Origin: Piromyces finnis finn
Lineage: Eukaryota; Fungi; Neocallimastigomycota
Assembly: GCA_002104945.1 (NCBI GenBank)
Contig: MCFH01000088.1
Location: 63,660 to 127,659 of the forward strand
Direction: 5' to 3'
Length of the DNA: 64,000 nt
Notes under the pieces: model-generated
Database searches by the model: none
Told to the model about the DNA's origin: nothing
What the model saw: only the letters and a program-made list of their open reading frames with translations
Position numbers and translations under genes: made by a program
Shown: positions 55,801-64,000 of the stretch, piece by piece
Layout of the letters: each line of letters begins with the position of its first letter
Position numbering within the stretch: the first letter of the stretch is position 1

Positions 55801-57333
55801 AGAAACATTAGGATCGTTGGATTTTGCTGAAAGTATTTGGAATTTATTATGACTGATAATAGATTCCTTTTCCTCAATACATTTTAATCTATTCCATTTC
55901 AGAATTTTCTTAGGAACATTAAAGTCATTAGAAAAATCTTCCATAGGAATAATTTTACCATTAATAAGAAGTGGCTTATGGTCTGATACAGGATAAAAAT
56001 TATTTATAAATGATCCTGAGTGAATAAGATCTTTCATCTTCGAATTGATAAGAGCATGGTCAATGTCGGAAGATTGATCACCTCGAGTCCAAGAGATAGT
56101 CGACCCTCTAAGCGGAAGAATTTCCCAATCTCCTAATCCATTAGTTGATAACCAGTTGGATAATTTTACTTTAGACATATTAAAATCACCAACAAGAATC
56201 GATGGATGGGATGAATGAGTTTGTAACCACAAGCGAACTTCTAACTTTGCATGATCAACATAGATGTTGTGATGACTATGAGGCATATAAACATTACCAA
56301 TCGAGCATTTGAATCTATTCCAGAGACTAAAAGTATAAATAGAAATAATATACTTTCCAGAGAAGTTTTCAAGTGAGGCTTGACATGAATTGTGAAAACC
56401 TAAATATAAACCTCTCATTCCCGGAACTGATTCGTCAGCTTTCTTGAAAAAGTGTCTATAGTTTCGCAAAGTAACGCGACAAGGATAATCTGTATTCGAA
56501 CCAGAACCATTACCAGTTTCTTGGAAACATAAAAATAATGGTTTGAAAATAGCTGTGAAATAGCTAATACTATCTCTCTTTTCATGATTCCACCCATTGG
56601 TGTTCCAACTAAGACAAAAAGAAAAGTTATCAGGCTTGTTGGATGAGGAAGAATCGTTGCTATTATTATTATTATTAAAGTCATCGTTATTAATGGATGA
56701 TGCATCAGAGGAATAAGTAGAACTATTACTAGATGGCTGTGAAACTGAAGAACTATCAACTATTGAACTGTTATCAGAGTTGATAGAGCTATTAGAATTA
56801 ATTGTTGAATGTTGAAATTGAAATTGTGTTTGCTGTAGATCTGGAATATTTTCATGATTGGAAACTTGTTGAAGATCTTGTTGAAGATCTAGTTGAAGAT
56901 CGGATTGTTGATGAGATTGTTGAACTGATTGTTGAAATGATTGTTGAATAGAATGTTGATGTTTATTAGAAACTAAAATTTTACGTTTGAGAGTGGAAAA
57001 AGTGTATTTGTGATTCCTTCTACTACGAGCTGAAAAGGAAATTGAGGTAATTGAAAGTTTCTTCTTTAACATGTGTAAGATTTTAATACAATCTTTCGAT
57101 GAACCATGAACCTTGACTAAGAAAAAGTGATCATTGAAAGTTTGAAAATATTTAACACTAATAACTGAATTAAATTTGTCTTCTAGAATAACCTCGAGCT
57201 TTTCCCATAGCATATTTACTGACCATGATCGAATACCACGGATAAAGAAGGAGCGAATATCATCTAAGAGGATACCATAAGACCGGGTACCACGTCTGAT
57301 ATAATTCTTGTCTTTAATATAAAGGACTGACAT
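52810..57333 (-). CDS. LINE ORF: N-terminal domain, APE endonuclease, reverse transcriptase, CCHC finger
   Basis: APE motifs SWNTNG, FQET, VGDFN, DIDH and VSDHKPL. RT motifs FLDLRKAYDSV, GVRQGCPLSPILF, LFADD and YTYLG. Zinc finger CPCCKCGDQSIKHWLLDC. Confidence 0.97.
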   Translation of the reverse strand: MSVLYIKDKNYIRRGTRSYGILLDDIRSFFIRGIRSWSVNMLWEKLEVILEDKFNSVISVKYFQTFNDHFFLVKVHGSSKDCIKILHMLKKKLSITSISFSARSRRNHKYTFSTLKRKILVSNKHQHSIQQSFQQSVQQSHQQSDLQLDLQQDLQQVSNHENIPDLQQTQFQFQHSTINSNSSINSDNSSIVDSSSVSQPSSNSSTYSSDASSINNDDFNNNNNSNDSSSSNKPDNFSFCLSWNTNGWNHEKRDSISYFTAIFKPLFLCFQETGNGSGSNTDYPCRVTLRNYRHFFKKADESVPGMRGLYLGFHNSCQASLENFSGKYIISIYTFSLWNRFKCSIGNVYMPHSHHNIYVDHAKLEVRLWLQTHSSHPSILVGDFNMSKVKLSNWLSTNGLGDWEILPLRGSTISWTRGDQSSDIDHALINSKMKDLIHSGSFINNFYPVSDHKPLLINGKIIPMEDFSNDFNVPKKILKWNRLKCIEEKESIISHNKFQILSAKSNDPNVSTDELSKEFTSTAFSIADELSITSANNVIKSSFHISQQIFNLQKIKMKLYKRFKKERIYDIDEFIKRIKIYRKLIDYIHKRCNEFRKQEYLHWIKTGCEYMKSHNPKKAWKWIKKTAKIGKDSFFIAQPIKNKNGELVVATEEQLDVWHDHFENLASDPSGVSLDLEHWYEEPTNKRFSLPMLDEWDINQDISIDEVKSAILTTPNYKASGPDGIPIEFYKALVPSSNDSNNATDNNSSGNTTSDNDAHGLNFILKLFNRIWDGDFPNSWNESSIVSIPKKGDLTDCDNYRGISLINNGIKLISKIVTTRISEYGLKNNFIRPEQFGFRKKEESISLFISIQEICRRRQLDNKETYLAFLDLRKAYDSVPIGNILHKLDCLGIRGKSLQFIKNLYLTSKANVKLDGQFSKSFDVKKGVRQGCPLSPILFNLFINDIFRECEDLGVSLGDTRCCGGLFADDIVICAPTRGCLKKMLRRVNEWALYNEMEFGIQKCSTMVIRPESIENQNKRDPTFYLAGQPIPTTDCYTYLGVPFDKNLSLKPVIKALNNKVLKGLFSISKFLRNPNIPIPFKKLVLNSQVISRVSYFAPLLGSNKARSRIAQKHVNKGIRWVAGVHKAVSFISLYSISKDLNIPPLSAKCALAQVRCFNKWKNSNCIISHLVNYIPKFRKYTWCKSSRTLDKKLKKHGDVKAVKNFYWKDLKGNSIKAQYYDDNKFIGTKDFIKLCYEYPEFAYGFYWLLKARSGYKLDARVAKAAKFVDPVCPNYCPCCKCGDQSIKHWLLDCPTFRDIRIKHYDSIVQLLNFFSQRNSNSPINNNEMDNISRDSNNINSNSNNSSNNNSNSNNSNSNNSNNNNNRNNNISNDSNSEDNNSNLDSNLVNDSNSSNNPVNINVYDYSSVCSKIFKFLLGGRSFNNINYNSREWKELCKRQIQPDTNEGTPFLTVTAELLTKIMPFAIGQQWSMFKRFEATSKSVNAEETVRQARRASATNGDHNFVP

Positions 57334-57929
57334 GATAATAAATTCTAATTAAAAATATTGAATATAAAATAAATACTAATAAAAATTATAAATATAACGT
57401 ATATGGAAAAAAATCTGTCTCTCTCTCTCTTCTTAAAAGTACTGGATAGTACAAAAATTGTTACGATGCTTTGTTTAAAGTTTCTTTTTTTTGAATTCTA
57501 GTTGTAAATTTTCTTTAAAAATTCTAGTTTTGGTTTGTTGTTAGTAAATTCGAATCGCTTTTTGACACTAAACTTGTTTGACTTTACTTTTCATTAAATA
57601 TTTAAATTGGTAAAAAATTTGAATCAAGAATGTCGACACCAGAAAGCTTGTGAATAGTATTTTTACATGATGTAGAGTGAATCAGTCTCTTACAAGAAAC
57701 AATACAACAATAGCTACATGAATATAAAAGTACAATGCAAATGCTAAAGTTGACTACATTGGATTCTTACAAGAGAAGAGTAGTACTACATGAATACATG
57801 AATAAAAGAAAAAATACAGCAACAAAATGTATTACTCTTCTAATTAAATACTATACAAACTTACCTGAATATCAAACATTCAACTTATTCATCAAATACT
57901 TAATTCGATGAATAAAATGTTTTTTAATC

Positions 57930-58223
57930 GCTCAGTACCATGAGCTTAGTCCTAATAATTTTCCCTTAAAGACTAACCAAGCATCCATTGCGCAATGCTT
58001 GGATTTAATTCTTTCTACTCTCTCAGTACCATGAGCATGAGTAGACCCCCTTGATAAACTCCATTATTAAATAAATGAAGGCACGTTCCTAAGAGGGCAC
58101 CAAGCATCCATTACGCAATACTTGGATTTAATTCTTTCTACTCTCTCAGTACCATGAGCATGAGTAGACCCCCTTGAGAAACTACATTTATTAAATAAAT
58201 GAAGGCACGTTCCCAAGAGGAAA
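57930..58223 (-). repeat. Structured 123-bp tandem repeats forming the 5' end of LINE copy 2
   Basis: GCATGAGTAGACCCC occurs at 58035 and 58158 (period 123). Multiple inverted repeats are present. Confidence 0.9.
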
Positions 58224-58227
58224 GCAT

Positions 58228-58230
<3 letters not shown>

Positions 58231-58282
<52 letters not shown>

Positions 58283-61200
58283 GGCATCAAATATTTTAAA
58301 CTTTATTATTAATTTAATTAAAATTATAATACATGTAATATAAAAATTAAAATAAAATAAAAATAAAAAAAATATGTTTAAATAAACACAAATGAATAAA
58401 AATTGGGTATAATGTATTCTAGTAATTTTAATTAAAGTAAGAAAGCCACTATCATACTAAAGTATAATAATTGTATTTGACTTCCAATGGGACACCGAGC
58501 CAAAGATCAAAATTTTATCATGGGACAAAATTATGATCTCCATTGGTTGCGCTGGCCCTCCTGGCCTGTCTTACTGTTTCTTCAGCATTGACGCTCTTGG
58601 ATGTTGCTTCAAACCTTTTGAACATTGACCATTGCTGGCCAATAGCAAAAGGCATGATTTTGGTTAGAAGTTCCGCGGTTACCGTCAAGAATGGTGTTCC
58701 TTCATTAGTACCAGATTGAATCTGACGCTTACAAAGTTCTTTCCATTCCCTTGAATTGTAATTGATATTGTTAAAACTTCTTCCCCCAAGAAGGAATTTA
58801 AATATTTTACTGCACACACTAGAATAATCATACACATTAATATTCACCGGATTATTAGAACTATTACTATCATTAACTAAATTACTATCTAAATTAGAAT
58901 TATTATCTTCACTATTGCTATCATTACTAATATTATTATTTCTATTACTACTATTGTTATTATTACTATTGTTACTATTACTATTGTTATTATTACTATT
59001 GTTACTATTACTATTAATATTATTACTATCTCTACTGATATTATCAATTTCATTATTATTGATAGGACTATTGGAATTACGTTGACTGAAAAAATTTAAT
59101 AGCTGGACTATGGAATCATAATGTTTAATACGGATATCTCTAAATGTTGGACAATCTAATAACCAATGTTTAATACTTTGATCTCCACACTTGCAACATG
59201 GACAGTAGTTAGGACAAACTGGATCAACAAATTTGGCAGCTTTGGCAACTCTAGCATCCAACTTGTATCCGCTTCTTGCTTTCAATAGCCAGTAGAAGCC
59301 ATAGGCAAACTCTGGGTACTCATAACATAATTTAATAAAATCTTTAGTATCAATAAACTTATTATCATCATAATATTGCGCTTTGATTGAATTCCCTTTG
59401 AGATCTTTCCAATAAAAGTTTTTAACTGCTTTAACATCTCCATGTTTCTTTAGTTTTTTATCAAGTGTCCTACTTGATTTGCACCACGTGTATTTTCTAA
59501 ATTTAGGAATGTAATTGACAAGGTGTGAGATAATACAATTTGAGTTTTTCCATTTGTTAAAACATCTAACCTGAGCTAATGCACATTTGGCTGACAATGG
59601 AGGAATATTCAAATCTTTTGAGATAGAGTATAAAGATATAAACGATACAGCTTTATGAACTCCGGCAACCCATCGTATTCCTTTGTTAACATGCTTCTGT
59701 GCAATTCTAGACCTGGCTTTGTTGGATCCAAGTAATGGTGCAAAGTATGAAACTCTGCTAATCACTTGTGAGTTAAGTACTAGCTTTTTGAAGGGAATAG
59801 GAATATTAGGATTTCTTAAGAATTTACTGACTGAAAAAAGCCCTTTCAAAACCTTGTTATTAAGAGCTTTAATAACTGGTTTAAGGGACAGATTCTTATC
59901 AAATGGAACACCAAGATAAGTATAACAATCAGTAGTTGGAATGGGTTGTCCTGCTAAGTAAAATGTTGGATCTCTCTTGTTCTGATTTTCTATTGATTCA
60001 GGACGAATCACCATCGTTGAACACTTCTGGATACCAAATTCCATTTCATTATACAAGGCCCATTCATTAACTCTTCTAAGCATCTTTTTTAAGCATCCTC
60101 TTGTTGGAGCACAAATAACTATATCATCTGCAAAAAGTCCACCACAGCATCGAGTGTCACCTAAACTGACTCCGAGATCTTCACACTCTTTAAATATATC
60201 ATTAATAAAGAGATTAAAGAGAATAGGAGAAAGAGGGCATCCTTGACGGACTCCTTTCTTCACATCAAAAGATTTCGAGAATTGTCCATCTAATTTGACA
60301 TTAGCCTTAGATGTTAAATATAAATTTTTGATGAATTGTAAACTCTTACCTCGGATTCCTAAACAATCTAATTTATGGAGAATATTACCGATTGGGACTG
60401 AATCGTATGCTTTCCTGAGATCTAAAAAGGCCAAATATGTCTCTTTATTATCTAATTGACGTCTACGGCATATTTCTTGGATTGAAATGAAAAGACTGAT
60501 ACTTTCTTCCTTTTTTCGAAAACCAAATTGTTCAGGTCTAATGAAATTATTCTTTAGACCATATTCTGAGATTCTAGTGGTGACAATTTTGGAAATCAAC
60601 TTAATACCATTATTGATAAGTGATATACCTCGATAGTTATCACAATCTGTCAAATCTCCCTTCTTAGGAATAGAAACAATACTGGATTCATTCCATGAGT
60701 TGGGGAAGTCTCCATCCCAAATACGGTTGTATAATTTAAGAATAAAATTTAAACCATAAGCATCATTATCTGAAGTGGTATTACCGGAAGAATTATTATC
60801 TGTAGCATTATTAGAATCATTACTTGATGGAATTAATGCTTTGTAAAATTCAATTGGAATACCATCCGGACCTGATGCTTTATAATTCGGAGTAGAGAGG
60901 ATAGCTGACTTGACTTCATCAATACTAATATCTTGGTTGATATCCCATTCATCAAGCATAGGGAGTGAAAAACGTTTATTCGTTGGTTCTTCATACCAAT
61001 GCTCCAAATCAAGACTTACGCCACTTGGATCTGATGCAAGATTTTCGAAATGATCATGCCACACATCTAGTTGTTCTTCCGTAGCAACAACTAATTCTCC
61101 ATTTTTATTTTTAATTGGTTGAGCAATAAAGAAAGAATCTTTTCCAATTTTTGCAGTTTTCTTGATCCATTTCCAGGCCTTCTTAGGATTATGACTCTTC

Positions 61201-63928
61201 ATATACTCACATCCTGTTTTAATCCAATGAAGATATTCTTGTTCCTAAATTCATTACATCTTTTGTGGATGTAATCAATGAGCTTACGGTAGATTTTAAT
61301 TCTTTTAATAAATTCATCTATATCATAAATTCTTTCTTTTTTAAATCTCTTATACAACTTCATTTTGATTTTTTGGAGATTAAAAATTTGTTGTGAAATA
61401 TGAAATGAAGACTTTATAACATTATTTGCTGAGGTAATACTGAGCTCGTCTGCAATTGAAAAAGCAGTTGAAGTAAATTCTTTGGAAAGATCATCTGTAG
61501 AAACATTAGGATCGTTGAATTTTGCTGAAAGTATTTGGAATTTATTATGACTGAGAATAGATTCCTTTTCCTCAATACATTTTAATCTATTCCATTTCAG
61601 AATTTTCTTAGGAACGTTAAAGTCATTAGAAAAATCTTCCATAGGAATAATTTTACCATTAATAAGAAGTGGCTTATGGTCTGATACAGGATAAAAATTA
61701 TTTATAAATGATCCTGAGTGAATAAGATCTTTCATCTTCGAATTGATAAGAGCATGGTCAATGTCGGAAGATTGTTCACCTCGAGTCCAAGAGATAGTAG
61801 ACCCTCTAAGCGGAAGAATTTCCCAATCTCCTAATCCATTAGTTGATAACCAGTTGGATAATTTTACTTTAGACATATTAAAATCACCAACAAGAATCGA
61901 TGGATGGGATGAATGAGTTTGTAACCACAAGCGAACTTCTAACTTTGCATGATCAACATAGATGTTGTGATGACTATGAGGCATATAAACATTTCCAATC
62001 GAGCATTTGAATCTATTCCAGAGACTAAAAGTATAAATAGAAATAATATACTTTCCAGAGAAGTTTTCAAGTGAGGCTTGACACGAATTGTGAAAACCTA
62101 AATATAAACCTCTCATTCCCGGAACTGATTCGTCAGCTTTCTTGAAAAAGTGTCTATAGTTTCGCAAAGTAACACGACAAGGATAATCTGTATTCGAACC
62201 AGAACCATTACCAGTTTCTTGGAAACATAAGAATAATGGTTTGAAAATAGCTGTGAAATAGCTAATACTATCTCTCTTTTCATGATTCCACCCATTGGTG
62301 TTCCAACTAAGACAAAAAGAAAAGTTATCAGGCTTGTTGGATGAGGAAGAATCGTTGCTATTATTATTATTATTAAAGTCATCGTTATTAATGGATGATG
62401 CATCAGAGGAATAAGTAGAACTATTACTAGATGGCTGTGAAACTGAAGAACTATCAACTATTGAACTGTTATCAGAGTTGATAGAACTATTAGAATTAAT
62501 TGTTGAATGTTGAGATTGAAATTGTGTTTGCTGTAGATCTGGAATATTTTCATGATGGGAAACTTGTTGAAGATCCTGTTGAAGATCTTGTTGAAGATCG
62601 GATTGTTGATGAGATTGTTGAACTGATTGTTGAAATGATTGTTGAATAGAATGTTGATGTTTATTAGAAACTAAAATTTTACGTTTGAGAGTGGAAAAAG
62701 TGTATTTGTGATTCCTTCTACTACGAGCTGAAAAGGAAATTGAGGTAACTGAAAGTTTCTTCTTTAACATGTGTAAGATTTTAATACAATCTTTTGATGA
62801 ACCATGAACCTTGACTAAGAAAAAGTGATCATTGAAAGTTTGAAAATATTTAACACTAATAACTGAATTAAATTTATCTTCTAGAATAACCTCGAGTTTT
62901 TCCCATAGCATATTTACTGACCATGATCGAATACCACGGATAAAGAAGGAGCGAATATCATCTAAGGGGATACCATAAGACCGGGTACCACGTCTGATAT
63001 AATTCTTATCTTTAATATAAAGGACTGACATGATAATAAATTCTAATTAAAAAATATTGAATATAAAATAAATACTAATAAAAATTACAAATATAACGTA
63101 TATGGAAAAAAATCTGTCTCTCTCTCTCTTCTTAAAAGTACTGGATAGTACAAAAATTGTTACGATGCTTTGTTTAAAGTTTCTTATTTTTTGAATTCTA
63201 GTTGTAAATTTTCTTTAAAAATTCTAGTTTTGGTTTGTTGTTAGTAAATTCGATTCGCTTTTTGACACTAAACTTGTTTGACTTTACTTTTCATTAAATA
63301 TTTAAATTGGTAAAAAATTTGAATCAAGAATGTCGACACCAGAAAGCTTGTGAATAGTATTTTTACATGATGTAGAGTGAATCAGTCTCTTACAAGAAAC
63401 AATACAACAATAGCTACATGAATATAAAAAGTACAATGCAAATGCTAAAGTTGACTACATTGGATTCTTACAAGAGAAGAGTAGTACTACATGAATACAT
63501 GAATAAAGAAAAAATACAGCAACAAAATGTATTACTCTTCTAATTAAATACTATACAAACTTACCTGAAAAAATCAAACATTCACTTATTCATCAAATAC
63601 TTAAATTTGATGAATAAAATGTTTTTAATCGCTCAGTAACCATGAGCTTAGTCCTAATAATTTTCCCTTGAAGACTAACCAAGCAATCCATTGCGCAATG
63701 CTTGGATTTAATTCTTTCTACTCTCTCAGTACCATGAGCATGAGTAGACCCCCTTGAGAAATTACATTTATTAAATAAATGAAGGCACATTCCTAAGAGG
63801 GCACCAAGCATCCATTGCGCAATACTTGGATTTAATTCTTTCTACTCTCTCAGTACCATGAGCATGAGTAGACCCCCTTGAGAAACTACATTTATTAAAT
63901 AAATGAAGGCACGTTCCCAAGAGGGTAG
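58231..63928 (-). mobile_element. Non-LTR retrotransposon copy 3, full length (~5.7 kb), A49 tail
   Basis: Poly(T) at 58231-58279. GCATGAG flanks it at 58224-58230 and 63929-63935. Confidence 0.95.
58518..63031 (-). pseudogene. LINE ORF of copy 3, split by a 1-bp deletion near 61241
   Basis: Copy 2 has TCTTGCTTCCT where copy 3 has TCTTGTTCCT. The two ORF-track fragments (610 aa and 894 aa) join to the same protein as copy 2. Confidence 0.85.
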
Positions 63929-64000
63929 GCATGAGTAGACCCCCTTGAGAAACTACCATTTATTAAATAAATGAAGGCACGTTCCCAAGAGGGAAAGAGG
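63631..64000 (-). repeat. Structured 124-bp repeats at the 5' end of LINE copy 3, plus the displaced remainder of the original target unit
   Basis: GCATGAGTAGACCCC occurs at 63738, 63862 and 63929. Confidence 0.9.

Larger units (their letters stand above)
52531..58223 (-). mobile_element. Non-LTR retrotransposon copy 2, full length (~5.7 kb), A39 tail
   Basis: Poly(T) at 52531-52569 on the + strand, an intact single ORF and 5' repeats. GCATGAG flanks it at 52524-52530 and 58224-58230. Confidence 0.95.

Noticed and set aside
57930-58223. LINE 5' repeat as a hammerhead, HDV-like, twister or pistol ribozyme
   Set aside because: There is no CUGANGA/GAAA core with valid stems on either strand (CUGAGAGA fails at G8). 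Stem A is too long and its loop lacks the HDV P1.1/L3 pattern. No twister or pistol consensus is in register.
63860-63915. Resemblance to the SRP Alu domain (CGUGCCU...UGUAGU...CUACUC)
   Set aside because: Only short word matches. The predicted pairing partners differ from SRP helices 3 and 4, and no S domain is present.
50903-63959. Repeated 114-aa ORFs and the short ORFs at 63593-63959 inside the LINE copies
   Set aside because: The 114-aa ORFs are alternative frames of the main ORF. The short ones arise from the GC-richer 5' repeats, are not preserved between copies and have no recognisable motif.
52419-64000. Repeats interpreted as a CRISPR-like array or as LTRs of the LINE
   Set aside because: There are no unique spacers or cas genes, and the DNA is eukaryotic. 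Poly(A) tails and TSDs explain the layout as nested non-LTR insertions.

Overview
Extremely AT-rich, intron-dense eukaryotic DNA. It is most consistent with an anaerobic gut fungus (Neocallimastigomycota); this is inferred from base composition, fungal-type proteins and a flagellar radial-spoke gene. The left 38 kb is a gene-rich block: GPI17/PIG-S, an F-box protein with 18 LRRs each on its own exon, SPT7, RSPH1, a Reb1/TTF1-like Myb protein, CAP/SRV2, PAP1, CCT2 and tRNA-Ser(UGA). From 14 bp upstream of the tRNA to the window end, the sequence is a retrotransposon island built by two stacking mechanisms. (1) A Ty3/gypsy element is followed by older LTRs, each separated only by the 4-bp duplication TAAT/TAAC, indicating repeated integration at one tRNA-upstream site. 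(2) Three copies of an APE-type non-LTR retrotransposon are nested at the identical site GCATGAG^TAGACCCC, which lies in the element's own 5' repeat, and each insertion is bounded by a 7-bp GCATGAG duplication. That 123-124 bp 5' repeat folds on the element's sense strand into a multi-stem, pseudoknot-like RNA with a compensatory base change between copies. I could not assign it to a known ribozyme class. The self-targeting LINE and its structured 5' module are the strongest candidate for an undescribed system. All analysis was by eye, exon boundaries and some ends are approximate, and no database searches were possible.
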